Positions 1 to 13,083 of a stretch of 64,000 bases of DNA are shown here, one piece after another. The translations under genes were made by a program, and so were the position numbers. Source of the DNA: the human T2T-CHM13v2.0 reference genome, Homo sapiens; the NCBI RefSeq assembly GCF_009914755.1, contig NC_060935.1; one strand, written 5' to 3'. The notes under the pieces are model-generated. The model was not told the origin of the DNA, ran no database searches, and saw only the letters and a program-made list of their open reading frames with translations. The first letter of the stretch is position 1; the number at the start of each line of letters is the position of its first letter.

Positions 1-1149
1 AAATACAATTTATTTAATTTTAAGTTTATATTTTAATTTCGAATAATGGCTGGGTTTAACAAGTGGTTTGCAAAATCTCTGAGAACTTAACAATCAGTTA
101 TCATGAGTTGGCACTATTGCTTTCTTTTGGTGCCCAGCTGTCTTCTTTTTTCAGCCATTTCCCTGTCTCCAGGAGATAATCCTTTTTTTTCTTCTCAGCC
201 TGTCTGCTTCCCAAAGTATCCTTTGTTCTTTTCATGGCCCTCTGGCTACGCAGGGACCCCACTTTTTGCCAAACTAATCTTTTAAAACATATGTCCCACA
301 GAGTACCATTCCCTTTCATCTGCTTCCCATCAATACTCTTATTTCTACAATAGGGTTGATACCAAATGGCCAGCAACAATTTGTAATAAGCTGTAAATGA
401 TTAATGGCCTGGAAACACTTGCATTTTAAAAAAAGGAGTCTTGTTGACCCAAAGGTTATAGGGTTTGAATGTCTGGCAACATTGCAGGTGTGAGGAACGT
501 CTTTGGAATTCCTAGTTCCCCCCAAAAGGTTACTGTCTTCTTCAGTGACAAACAACCAACCCAAGCGTGTACCCTGATGCTCCTCATTACCCCTCAAAAC
601 TTTTTCCTTTTCAATCTTTTTAGTTTTAGCTCTTTATTTCCCCTCCACTTTCATTCCTTATTTAAACCTCTCAATTGTAACTGAAGCAGATGTTATATGG
701 ACTTGGGGAAAGGGATCAAGAAATCATTCAGTTGTTTGTGCTTATCTAGAACTGTCAGCCCCTGAATTGTGTGGTCTTGGCTGGCATCTGAGCACACCTG
801 GTGCATCAGCAGAATCAGTGTTCTCTCAGTTCCTGGTTGGCTCTACTGTCTGGCACCATTCGGCTGTTTGTACTTATCTGGAACTGCCAATGGGAAGATC
901 ACATGGTCATTGAGAAACCGCACCCTGAAGAGATGGCTAAAAGCCTGGAGGGCATGCCCATCACAGCCTTGCCGGGAGTGTGAAAGGTGGTGTGAAGACC
1001 CTGGGGCTCACAGGACTCCCTCACCATGGGGCACAGTGTAAGAAGGTCCACGGTGAAAATGCAGTAGGAGGCAGTTACATCAGGCTCTGGATCGATGATA
1101 TCAAGGAACAACCCAGGCTGAAGGAAAAGGCGTTTGTGTTTCAGGAAAG

Positions 1150-1925
1150 ATGTATTGAGCCTCATCCATGCTCCAGACTTTGTTTAGGCCCTGGGTTACA
1201 GCATGGAATGGAATGAAACCCCTGTTCTTTAGTTTCTTACATGTTGAGTGGGTGAGACAGAAAGCAGCAATATGGTAAAGAGGGGGGAACAGGGGAAGAA
1301 TGGTAGGAGATCAAGTTAGAGAGGGGAATGGGCTAGATCATGGAGCAACCGGGGCAAGATGTCAAGCCCTTGGAAGGTTTTGAGCAAGAGAGTGTTATGT
1401 TCTGACTTACGTCTTGAAACACTCTAGTTGCTGTACAAGGAGACCAGGTCAGAGGCTATTGCAGTTGTCCAGGTGAAGGTGGCCAGGTAGCGATGGAGGA
1501 TGAGAAGTAGAAAATTATGTGAAGGCAGAGCTGACAGGATTTACAGATGGATTGGCTCATGAGAGGAAAAGAGGGACTCACGGATGATGCCAAAGTTTTT
1601 GACCTGAGAAACTGGAAGAATGGAATTTCCACTTACTATGATGGGAGAGGTTGTGAAAGGATGACTTAGGGGTTGGAGAAAACCAGGAGTTTGGATATGG
1701 GCCTTAGATATTGCCATGCAGATGTTGAGTAGACAGCTGCACATATGAGTTGGGAGTGCAGAGGGAGAGGCTGGGGTTCTGGGTATCAGTATATGAATCA
1801 TCTGTGTCCACATGGCATTTAAAGGCATGAGACCAGGTGACCCCCCTTATAGAAAGATTAGATCCAAAAGAGTAGTGGTCTGAGGACTGGGCTTTAGGCC
1901 CTGATGCTCAGAGGTGAGGACCCAG
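1150..1925 (-). mobile_element. L2 LINE 3' fragment
   Basis: Typical antisense L2 text (gtattgagcc..., gaggctattgcagttgtccaggtga, gagctgacaggattt, gatgttgagtagacagctg). Confidence 0.8.
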
Positions 1926-2359
1926 GAAAGGAGACACAGAGAATCCTCTTTGTCAGAGCATTACAAAAGGGCTATTTGGAAATAGTTCAGGTGGTGACTG
2001 GGTGAAAAGCCCTTCGAACAGCCTCAAGGACCCAGGCTGGTGGACTGCTGGCTGAGTCCTGTTGTGCCTCAGAGGATATTGTAATATTTGGAAAAATTTC
2101 TCCAAGTCAAATTTAAATTAACATGAATGTCATATGGCTTTTTGGTACGTCCTACAGTCAAGCAAATAACAATTGGATAGGGTAGCTGCAGGAAGACTGG
2201 GTGTCTCTACAGTGGTCAAGTTGGAAGAACAAAGAATGAGTGATTGATCTTTTGCTACTCCCCAAGGGGAGAAGCCACTGATAGCTTCCTTGGAAGCACT
2301 TTGTACCTCACCTGCCCCAGAGTAGATTAAATATTAAGTTTCCTCCCTTCTTTCAAGTC

Positions 2360-2510
2360 CTAGTGCTGCCATTGATAGTGCTGTGACTTCAGGAAAGTTG
2401 CTTAACTTTTCCAAACCTCTATTTCCTCATTACTAATGAGTAATAATTCCCACCATAGGGTGTTTATAAAGATTAAATAATTTTAAATATGTTGAAGCAT
2501 GTAGTGAACT
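2360..2510 (+). mobile_element. MIR SINE
   Basis: MIR core gtgactt..aagttgcttaac..tttcctcat..gattaaat. Confidence 0.7.
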
Positions 2511-3234
2511 GCAAAGCAATATGCAAATATAAGAGGTGGAAATGACTATGCCTATAATTACGTGGCTCAATTTACACAATAATAGATTTTCACACTTTGC
2601 ATAAATAATGAGGGTTTTTATACTCAAGTCACTGAACTTACTATCTTCAGGATCCAAAATCCCCAAACAGAAGGCATCCCCTACTGTTAGCTCAAATAGC
2701 TCTTGCTGGTTTAGAGAGTTAATGCAAGCCCCACTGCCTCCTGAGCTGGAAACATGAAACAGAAGTTTCAGTTCCCTAATCAATCCATTCTTTCTTCCTC
2801 TGGCTTCTGATAGGCCTCCTCCTTATCTTTGTAAACCCTGTAGCTGGTTGCTAGTTGAAAGTGCCTCTGATCTCCCTCTTCTGCCTCCCATGATGTTGAT
2901 AAAAAGCACGAGGGCACATGCAGGATGAAAACGATCGTGGTCCTGCCAGCCTGAATTATTAAAGCATTTCAGTCCTAAGTATGAGGTGTGTATATGTTGG
3001 GGTGTGGAGTGAGTTGTGGAGATGAGAGACAGCTGAATTACATAAAGTTGAGAAGATCTGAGTTCTAGTCTTGAAATTCACAAGCCATCTCTATACAATA
3101 GTTCCGTTACTCAGTAAAGTAAAAGCATTGGATCTAAGCTTTAAGGACCCTTCTAGTTCTTTCTGATTGGAATTCTGTGACTTCATCTTTTGTGGGTTAG
3201 AAACTCATCACTCTGTCCAGTTATTTCTATATTA

Positions 3235-3251
3235 TGCCACCAGATGGCAAT
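3235..3251 (+). promoter_or_regulatory. Candidate CTCF site
   Basis: CCACCAGATGGCAA (3237-50) fits the CCASYAGRKGGCR core. Confidence 0.55.
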
Positions 3252-4129
3252 GTTTCCTTAACCCCAAAGAAAGTTTTCATTCTGGTAAAAAGTCAAGTTT
3301 TGTTGCCAACTTTTCCCCCTCTGAACGTGCAAAAGAATGATTTTCCGAAGCTGTGGAGGAAAGAAAGAACTCTCCTTCTGAACATCTCAGGTGGTTTATG
3401 CTGGAAACAGACAGGACCCTGTTTAGAGAAGATCTCTCTTTTCTTCGTGGACTGGGAACTCCAGTTGGAATGATGTCTCCTGTGATTGCGTATGGTGGGA
3501 GGTGGGAGATGTTGGAATTGGCGTGTCCTCAGGAGGCTTGGGGGTGGGGGAGATGTGCCCTAGCTGGTGGGCCTGCATGAGCCCTGCAAAACTCTGACTT
3601 ATAGAGGGGCATCAGATGCCAAGTTTTACCAGACCATGCAGAACTAGGAATTGCCAGATGCACTCATAGGGCAGCTAAAATGGTCCTGGCAGAATCAGAC
3701 TCTTTCGCTCATAAAGGTCAGAGACGCAAGAAAGTGACATAAAGTCCAGCCCTTTTCTTGTGCAGATGGGGAAATTGAGGCCTAGAGCAGGTCAGCTGTC
3801 CTGATTCTATCTCCTTGCCAAGTTACTTTGTATTTAAACATTTCAAGTAGACTTTTCAATCATCTCATCTTGCTGTGTTCAGCTAGCGCACCTTGTTAAG
3901 CCTGTTGGCCTCCGGGCCTGCCAAGCCCCTGCATCTATACACACCAGGGCATGCTGCATGCGCTCAGTGAGACTTCAACAGCTGACTGATTCGTTCAAAC
4001 CTATCAAACAGCAGACTTAGCTAGTTGGGGAGAAAAGTCATTTAAAGTAATTGCTTATTAATCTGCAAAACAAGTCTCATAGCAGGTTTTTATTTTATTT
4101 TATTTTATTTTTTTGCTTTTAACAACGAT

Positions 4130-4390
4130 ATAATAACAACAAACATTTGTTTAGTGTTTCCTGTGGACCAGGCTCTGTGTTAAGCACTTAACATCACTAT
4201 ATCATGCACTTTTGCTAATAAAGCTGTGAAATAGTTATTACTATTTCTGCTTTACAGCTGCAACAGAGACTCAGAGAGGTTAGGTAACTTGCCCCAGGTC
4301 ACAGAGCTGGAAGGAGCAGAGCCAATATTCACACCCTGATTTGCGTAATTCCAGATTTGATCTTCTAGCTTCTATGCTGTGCTGCCTCTT
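4130..4390 (-). mobile_element. MIR SINE
   Basis: gagactcagagaggttaggtaacttgccccaggtcacagagct = antisense MIR core. Confidence 0.85.
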
Positions 4391-5024
4391 CATGACAGTT
4401 TTTCTCATGTACAGGATCTGATGCAGAAACTTATCGGAGTTTCTTACCGGAGCACCAGTCACCTCTCATCATTTTCCTGTTTTGACGTGAAGGCTCAGTG
4501 ATAGTGAGCAGGCTCAGGGTCTACAGAGTTGGTGATATCAGCATCACACAGGACATTCAGAATGTTGACTCCAGGGATGTTGAGAGATACTCCTGCACAA
4601 AGCTGCCAGCACCCGTGTCCAAGAAACACTCAGAATCTAGGTCTCCTTGTATATTTTCCCCACTACCTGCAAAGGTAAAGAGGAACAGGCAGTGCTGGGA
4701 CCGAGGGAGCGACAGTCCTAATGGAAGCTAGTGTGTTGAGAGTCTCCTCTGTGTCATGCTCTGAGCGACATGTTTTATATGCACGATCTCATTTAGACCT
4801 TGTGACAGCATGTTGTAGCAAGGACCCCATCATCACAGGGGGCAAATGTCTGCAGTGCAGAAAGTCGTCCTGAAGAAATGGATGTCAGATAAAAACAGTC
4901 TTCATAAATCAATGATCCTGTTTTACCTCAAAAGTGCATGAAATGGAAATGGAAATATCTTGTGAAGATGTAGACAAATGACGGTCATTGCCCAGAGCAG
5001 TAGTTACTGTCAGAAAAAGAGATA

Positions 5025-5250
5025 AGGATTTCCAGTCTGACAGACTGGATTCCTGGCTCAACACCACCCCCTTCTAACCATGTGACCTTGGGCAAATTAC
5101 CTAACCTTTTCTGAGTCTCAATTTCCTCATCTTCCAAAAGGGGATAATATCATATATGTTCCAAGATTGCTGTGAGTATTAAATGAGATGATGTATGTAA
5201 AGTACCTGGCCAGCAGTTTCTGGCACATAGTAAGTATTCAATAAAGACTA
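5025..5250 (+). mobile_element. MIR SINE
   Basis: tgtgaccttgggcaaattacctaacctt..tttcctcatct..ggcacatagtaagtattcaataaa. Confidence 0.85.
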
Positions 5251-6113
5251 ATGGTGGAGATGAGTATAGGGGCTACTAATGCCCATCCTTACTCCAGAGA
5301 CTTCTTTCTGACCATCATGAGGCACTTTTGAATATCTAAACCCATTTAAAGCCCACTTTTCTCTATGGCTGGCCATTTCTGCCTATTGACAGCTAATTTG
5401 CCTCATCCTACAGGACACCTTCCATGTTTCCCCAGACTCCAGAAATCAGGTATTAAATTATCAGGGCTTCAGGAGCCATGGTCTATGATGAGTTTACTAC
5501 CTGTGCCCAATAAATGTTTAAGAAATAAATAAGAGCCAATATAACTATAAAGACCAAGAGCCAAAATAAGTCTCTTTGCTTGCGCTTTAGATCTTAAGAG
5601 TCCTTTATATTCAAGCTGCTCAGAGTCAAACGTGTGCCTAATAAACATTCTACAAAGGTCCTGGCGTGGTGTGACCAAAGGAAGAGAGAGGGCTCCAGTG
5701 TCTGTCACTGGGAGACCAGATGGACAGCCACGTGGGGCAGGGCCACTGGTGCCACATGTCCAGGTCTGTTAAGCCCTATGAAAGACACTTGAGTCAAAAT
5801 GTATTTCTATCTAAGAAAGAAGACTATAAATGGAAAAGGGAGAGGGGAGAAGACCTCTCAAGGGCATCTCCCTCTAGAAGTAGAGATTGTGAATCTGCAG
5901 CAGAAAGGTTTTAAACAAGGGATAGCAGAATGCCTGGATGGTGTTCTAGTGCCTGAATGGAAAAAGGCCACAATGACCAACAAATCCCACCTACATCCGC
6001 CTTCCTCGCTGCCTGAAATCCCACCATTAGGATTTTTTTCCTTTTGGGTTAGCAACCAAGAAAGAGTAAAGTCTGGAAGACTCTTATTCCACATCTTCAC
6101 TTTGCAGCGCCTC

Positions 6114-6381
6114 TTTTTTTTTTTTTTTTTGAGATAGAGTCTTGCTCTGTCACCCAGGCTGGAGTGCAGTGATGCGATCTCAGCTCACTGCAAGCTCTGC
6201 TTCCTGGGTTCACATCATTCTCGTGCTTCAGCCTCCCGAGTAGCTGGGACTACAGGCACCTGCCACCACTCCCAGCTATTTTTTTTTGTATTTTTAGTGG
6301 AGACAGGGTTTCACCGTGTTAGCCAGGATGGTCTTGACCTCATGATCCGTCCGCCTTGGCCTCCCAAAGTGCTGGGATTAC
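6114..6381 (-). mobile_element. Alu, AluY-like, slightly 5'-truncated
   Basis: Poly-T then Alu antisense with Y-type diagnostics (caagctc..gggttcac..cattctc; accgtgttagccaggatggtc). Confidence 0.93.
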
Positions 6382-6959
6382 CACCTCTTCTTAATTACAA
6401 ACATAAACAAAAACTAACAACTTTCTAGTTTTTTCTTTTTCTTTTTTTTTAAATTACAAAAGAGATCCATATTCGTCAGAGAATAATTGGAAAAAAGAGA
6501 TAAGCAAAATCAGAAAAATAAATTCAGCCTGTAATCACCCAGAGATAACAATTATTAAAATTTAGGTATTCACTTTGTTATTTCCTTTTATAACAAAACT
6601 TTTTTTTCTTGTGAAATTTAATAGAATACAATTGAACTATTTTTTCCTTTATGGTTAATGATTCTTGTTTCTTATTTAGGAAATCATTTCCTGAGTCATA
6701 AAGAATTCTCTCATATTTTCTTCTAAAGCTTTATACAGTTTTGCCCTTCAAATAAGGTTAATAACCCACCTAGAATTGATTTCTGTGTATGGCATGCAGT
6801 AGAGACAAGTTCTACTTTTTTCTCTCAAATGAATATTCAGTTGGACCAAGGCTGTCCTTTCTCCACTACTTTGCAGTTTCACTTTTTGTTGAAAAATCAA
6901 TTGTTCATACATGGGTAGATCTCTTTCTGGGCACTCTTGGAGTCTATTGGTCTGTCTAT

Positions 6960-7350
6960 AAGTTGAACAGGATCAGACAGGCTGTGCTTTGTTTCAGGTA
7001 ACAAAGAACCCCAACATCTCACTGATGAATACACTAAAGTCATTTTTGTTTTCCATTGGCAGTTCACTTCTGATGCAGGAGATGCATCAGGGCAATCGCC
7101 CTTTGCAAGGTGAAGTGTCTGCACCATTGGAAGTACTCTCCATCCAGGGGAGAGAGACTGGAAATGGTCCATGAGGTTTTCATCGACCCAGAATGAAAGC
7201 ATCACCCATCATTCCCTTCTTGTTACAGCCTATTTGTCAGAACCAGTCAGAGTTCCACCCACCTGCAAAAGGTTGTGACGTGCTGTTTGCGATTTGCCTG
7301 GAAGGAGGGAATACCCAGATACAGGAAAATGCTAGTGACGTGCACTTCCA
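6960..7350. mobile_element. Old MaLR (MLT1-type) LTR inside an L1M relic
   Basis: gtaacaaagaaccccaacatctca..., atttgtcagaaccagtca..cccacctgcaaaagg resemble MLT1J/K-type LTRs; L1-like sequence on both sides. Confidence 0.55.
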
Positions 7351-8804
7351 TCTAACTATCTTTGAATGAAAATGACAGTCTTAATTACTGCAGTAAGATA
7401 AGCAGACTCTATACCTGGTAGAGCAAGTCCTCTTACCCCATTTCTTCTTCAAGAAGGTCTTGGCTAGTTTGGAACCTTGGCAATCCCATATAAACTTTAG
7501 AAAATGCTAGTTAAGTTCTTTAAAAATCCTGCTGAGACTTTTATTGAATCCATAGCTTCATTTAGAGAGAGCTGACATTTAAATTAGGGAGTGCTCCAAG
7601 CCACTAACATAGAATTTCTCTCTTTTACTCCAGGTCTTCTTTAATTTCTCTCGAGTGTTTTGTAATGTTTTGCGCAAAGTTCTTGCACATCTTTTGATAG
7701 ATTTCCCCCTAGGTTTTGGATATTTTTAAGATGCTAGTGTAAATGTTATTGCTATATATTTTTCATTTTACAAATATATGTGTTTAGTATATAGAAATTT
7801 AATTCATGTTTCTGTATTGACTTTATTGAGTAACCTTATGAAACTTTCTTAAATTCTAAAAATTATCCACAGCTTCCCATAGATTTTCTATGTAGGTAAT
7901 AACATAATCCACAAAAATGACACTTCAATTTTTTCCTTTCTGTTTCTTATGTCTTTATTTCTCTTTCTTGCATTTCCCATGTGGGGTCCCTAGACACTGT
8001 TGAATAGATGTCGTGATAGTGAGCATCCCTGTTCTGTACACAGCCTCGAAAGGAAAATTTTCAGAGTTTTGTTTTAAACAATCTGGTTGTTATAGGTTTT
8101 ATTGTAGCAGCTCTTCACCAGATTACCTGCATGTTTTCTTTTTTCTAGTTTCTAAGACTTTTAATCCATTAATGAGTGGATGTTGAATTTTAACAAATGC
8201 TTGTCTCTGCATGTATTGAAATGACTATATGACTTTTCCCCAATTGATCTGTTAAGTTGGTAAATTACACTGATATTCCAAAGTTAAAGCAATTTTTACA
8301 CTGGCACCCTCAAGTAAGCCAAATTTGGACATGATGTATTTTTAAATATATATTGCTGGTGTTGGCCTGTTAATATTTTATTTAGAATTGTTGAGCCTAT
8401 GTTCAAGAATAAAATTGGCTTGTGATTTTCCTTCACATACTGTTCATATTGGGTTTTGGTATCAAGATTACTCAAGCCTCACAAAATAACATAGGGAGTC
8501 TCATTTTTTCTATTTTCTGGAAGAGTTTGCATAAGTGTGGCATTATATCTTCTTTATCTCATAAAATTTGCTTGAGCCATCAAATCTTAACATTTTATGA
8601 CAGGTTGATTTTTTATTAAATCAATGATTTTAATAGTTATAGGATTATTAGGATTTTTTATTTCTTCTTTTGTTAATTTTAGTAAGTAGTGTTTTCCTAG
8701 GAATTTGTCTATTTTATCAAAATTTATAAATTAATTCACAGAGTTGTTTATAATATCTTCTAATTATCTTTCTAATGTCTGCAACACATGTAATAATGTT
8801 ATTT

Positions 8805-9770
8805 TTGCTTATAAATTGACAATTTATAATTGCGTATACTTATGGGGCACAAAACAATGTTATGATTTATGAAAGCAATGTGGAATAATTAAATCTAGCA
8901 AATTAATATATCCATCACCTTAAATACTCATCATTTTTTGTGGTGAAAACATTTGAAATTCACTTTTTTTCACAATTTAAAAATGCACAGTACACTATTA
9001 TTATCTACAGGTGGTTCCTGACTTCTTATGATGATTTGAATTATCACTTTTCAACTTTACAATAATGTGAAAGGAATATGCATTCAGTATGCTCTATGAC
9101 TTATGTTGGGATTATGTCTGGATAAACCCATAGTAAGTTGAAAATATCAATGGGCTCATCCAGATATAACTCCATCATAATTTGAGAAGCAGCTGTATAT
9201 TTATCATGGTGTGCAATAAATCTCAAAAAAAGACTTATTCCTCCCGTCTGAGATTTTGTACCCTTTGGCCATCACTCCTTCATTCCCCTCACCCACAGCC
9301 CCTGTAACTACCATTCTACTCTCTGCTTCTATGGATTTGATTGCTTGAGATTCCACATGTAAGTGAGAACATGTGGTGTTTGTCTTTCTGTGTCTGGCTT
9401 ATTTTACTTAGCATGATGTTCTCCAGTTTCAGTGATGTTGTTGCAAATGATAGAATTTCCTTCTGTTTAAAGGCTGAATTATCCCATTGCATGTATATAC
9501 TACATTTTATTTATCCATTCATCCATTGATAGACACTTAGGTTGATTCCATAACTTGGCTAGTGTAAATAGTGCTGCAGTGAACATGGGAGTAAGGACAT
9601 GTCTTAGACAATCTGATTTCAATATTTGGATAAACACCCAGAAGTGGAGTTACTTGGTCATATGATAATCTAGTTTTAGTTTTTAAAGTAACTTTCAAAT
9701 AGTTTTTCATGATGGCAGTACTAACATACACTCCCAACAGTGTACAAGGGTTCTCCTTTCTCCACAGATG
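8805..9770 (-). mobile_element. L1MA-type 3' end inserted in the older L1M
   Basis: aatatatccatcacct..., taactaccattctactctctgcttct, ttccacatgtaagtgaga, agacacttaggttgattccat = L1MA 3' UTR/ORF2 end antisense. Confidence 0.85.
9008..9195. mobile_element. Tigger-family MITE (MER47/Tigger5-like)
   Basis: TA|CAGGTGGTTCCTGACTT ... AATTTGAGAAGCAGCTG|TA degenerate TIRs with TA duplications; internal gataaacccatagtaagttgaaaatatc. Confidence 0.75.
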
Positions 9771-10699
9771 TTCTCTTTTTCATTACTGACATGAGTTATC
9801 TGTGCCTTTCCCATTTTTTGTCTTCATCTGTCTCAGCAGAGGTTTATCAATTTTATCATTTAAAAGGTAAAAATTGTTACCTTTTAAATCTTGTCTATTG
9901 TATTTTTTTGTTTCATTAATTTTTGCTCTGATTTTTGTACTTCCTTTTTTCCATATTTTTAGGAGATGACTTTGCTGTTCTTCTAACTTCTCTTTCTAGG
10001 ACTCCTAGAAATATGTTAAGTCTGCTCATTGTATTTTTCTCACCTTTATATTTTCCATTGTTTTATCTCTTTCTTATTCATTCTGGGTAGTTTCTTCTAA
10101 TCTACCTTCCAGTTCATTAATTATCTCTTTACCTGTGTTGAATTTGCTATTAAACCTATCTGAATGACTTTTTCATTTTTTATTGGGTTTTTAAATGTTA
10201 AAATTCTCATTCCTATTTGGTTCTTCCTCAAATTTGCAATGATTTTGTTTCAGCTGATTGCCAAAACGTTTTTAGTTCAAGTTCATCTCTTTGAGCATAG
10301 TGAGCACTGTTGTTTTACAGTCTTTATGTAAATACCTTCTCTTTTATTAATCTTTCCACGTTTCTGGTGGAGGGACTGGCTATGAGAGACAAAAACTTTC
10401 TTTCAGGTGCTTTTAGGACTTACCCATATTTCTTTCATGGTGTCTATTATTTTATTATCTCATTATTTAGATACTTTTCTCCTCTACTAAACTAATGGTT
10501 CAAGGCTTATCAAAGATAAATCCTCTGTCTTGTTCATCTCTGTGTCTCTCATGGTATCTAGCAGACTTCCACCCAAGATATAAAGACACTATGACTAAGT
10601 GAATGATTTTAGTCTTACCTACCTGCCTGTTAACTTACCTACTTGCATCTCACTTATACTTCAACTTTTGGCTTCTTCCTCAACCTCAACTACCCCATT

Positions 10700-11142
10700 C
10701 TTCCCATGGCTCACTGTGCTCACTGGCCTCCATACTGTCCCTTAAATAAGGAAAGCTGCCCTAGCCTCAGGGCCTTTGCACCTGCTCTGCCTGCTGTTTG
10801 GAATGCTCTTCTTCCCATATACCCATCTGTTTTAATCCCTCATCTTTTATTCCCTCATCCCATCTCTTCAAATGTGATTTCTACAGAGGGTTCTCTGACC
10901 ACCTTATCCAATAACCAGCATTCCGTCTCCCCTCTGCCATTCTCCATCATCTCACCATGCTTTATATCACATATCACTAAGTGACAGTATACTATAAACG
11001 TACCCATTTGTTTACTGTCTGCCTCCCTAACTAATGTATAAGCTCTCTGAGGGCAGGGACTCTGTTTTATTTGTACACCACAATTATCTCCAGTGCCTTG
11101 AATAGTGTCTGGCATGTAGAAGGAATTCAAGAAATACTTGTC
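10700..11142 (+). mobile_element. L2 3' end
   Basis: cctcagggcctttgcacctgct..tggaatgctctt; taagctctctgagggcagggac; ccagtgccttgaatagtgtctggcatgtag. Confidence 0.88.
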
Positions 11143-11144
11143 AA

Positions 11145-11350
11145 GCTAAGTGCTGTGATAACTACTTTATATGAAATTAAGTATTTCTCCTCCAGCAGCT
11201 CTAAAAGTTTAGTATGTTATTATTGTCTCTGTTTTACTGATGAGTGAACTGAGGTTCAGAGAGGTTATTTAGCATACGTATGAAGACAGAATTAGTGAGT
11301 GATTGACCTGAGATTTGAACTCAACCTGTGCTGTCTAAAGCTAGCCAGGC
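11145..11350 (-). mobile_element. MIR SINE
   Basis: ttttactgatgagtgaactgaggttcagagaggtta..gatttgaactca. Confidence 0.75.
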
Positions 11351-12194
11351 AGCCTCACATACATGGCAAATGCCTACTGAGACATGAACATGCAGGTTGG
11401 GATCCCAAACTGTTGGGAAGCATAAAAGAAAAACACTAAAGATGTGGGGAGTGTAGGACTTTTTTTTTTAATAGGCCAGTGGCCCTCTCTGCAACCCTTT
11501 GAATGATCAGCTTGATCAGAGAATCCCCTACCCCTACCCCTGCCTCAGCCAGTTTCTATCTGGCTGTGTCATCAGCTGGCTGATCCAAACAGCAATGTCA
11601 ACAAAAGAATGGTGATCAGGCACGTAAAGCAATGTGTCAGAAAGAAAGAAAAGGCAGCTCAGATGATGCAAGATCATCCAGATGTCAAGCACTGTGTGGT
11701 GGCACACTTGCCCGTTCATGTTGTTGATTTTTTAAACATTTGTGATAAGAACAAAAACTTAGTTGCTTCCCTCAGGTCCTCCCTGTATGGATTAGTGCAG
11801 ACATCTGCCGCTTCAGGCTTTCTGATTGGTTCCCACTGGTTTGGGGCAAAACCGGAAACTTCTGAGCCAAGTGCAGGGGCAGAAGAGCTCCCAAGAGCTC
11901 CTGGGAAAACTAGGAAGGACAATCAAGAAACCACCGGCAGCTCCATTTGCAGGATCTCATCCCATCAGGGGCTGTCTCAGGAGGGGGAATTGGAATACCA
12001 TTCACCTGTCCCCTTTGCAGATACACCAATGTCTCGTTCAAGAACAAGCAGAAAGGAAACACCAGATTGCCCAGAGCACAGGATTAGGACACACCACACA
12101 GAGCCAACTCAGCGTATCATTGTTTGCATTGATCATCTGGGGATGAAGCAGGCTCCGTTCTGGAAGGGGCAACCTGAATAGAGAAGAGTCTGAC

Positions 12195-12400
12195 ATTGGA
12201 GTCAAGCAGAACTTGGTTGGAATTTGGCTCATTGCTGGGTGATCCAGAGACAGTTATTTAATCTGAGAATCAGATATCTTGTCTGTTAAATGGAAATTAT
12301 AGTAGCCACTTCACAGGATTGCTGTAAAGAGTACATAAAACCAGGTACCTGCAATGTATAGTGCTAAGCCTGACACGTAGCAGGGTGTTAGTAAGTGGTA
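12195..12400 (+). mobile_element. MIR SINE
   Basis: ttggagtcaagcagaacttggtt..acaggattgctgtaaaga. Confidence 0.6.
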
Positions 12401-12561
12401 CCTCTGACTGGGGATGGAAGCCAGAGGAGCTGGACCTTTATTTGACTGGCCAGAAGCCAGCTCTCTAGTCACCTTCCTGATCCTTCCTTCTTCTGTGTGT
12501 ACACGGACAATGTTTTTCTACATAATGGAACAGTGGCCCTCAAAACTTGTTTTCATAAGAA

Positions 12562-12635
12562 TTATCCAGGTTGCTAGTTATTAATACTAGTTATCCAGGT
12601 TGCTAGTTATTAATACTAGTTATCTGTGTTGCTAG
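12562..12635. repeat. 29-bp tandem repeat, ~2.5 copies
   Basis: ttatccaggttgctagttattaatactag identical at 12562-90 and 12591-619, partial third copy. Confidence 0.95.
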
Positions 12636-12727
12636 CTAAAAATACACTCAGTTCCCATCCCCAGATTTTTCTATTTCAGTAGGTGGTAGTGGGTTCAGGA
12701 AATCTGTGTTTTTACCAAAGTATCCCC

Positions 12728-13083
12728 TACTATAGAATTAATTTTTGTGTTCCCCCCTCATTCATATGTTGACATTTAAACCTCCACTGTGATGATACCA
12801 GGTGGCTTTGGGAGGTGATTAGGTGATAACGATGAAGCCCTCATAAATGTGATTACTGACCTAATAAAAGAGACCCCAGAATGCCCCCTTGTCCCTTCTG
12901 CCATGTGAGGTCACGGTGAGAAGATGGCATCTATGAACTAGGAAGTGGGCCCTCACCAGACGCTGAATCTGCTGGTGCCTTGCTCTTGGACTTCCCAGCC
13001 TCTAGAATTCTGAATAATAAATTTCCGTTGCTTGTAGCCTAGTCTATGACATTCTTTTGTGGCAGCGTAAATGGACTAAGATG
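12728..13083 (+). mobile_element. MLT1A-type MaLR solo LTR within a MER5-like relic
   Basis: ttcatatgttga, tttgggaggtgattagg, cttctgccatgtgagg, ccctcaccagac..ttggacttcccagcctctagaa, aataaattt, ggactaaga. Confidence 0.9.

Larger units (their letters stand above)
6600..10330 (-). mobile_element. Ancient L1M (antisense) relic with nested insertions
   Basis: T-rich antisense L1 ORF2-derived phrases (gatagtgagcatccctgt, ggatgttgaatttt, ggttttggtatcaag, ctggaagagtttg). Confidence 0.8.

Noticed and set aside
769-1150. Cluster of short ORFs, possible processed pseudogene
   Set aside because: No recognisable protein, poly-A or TSD; would need BLASTX.
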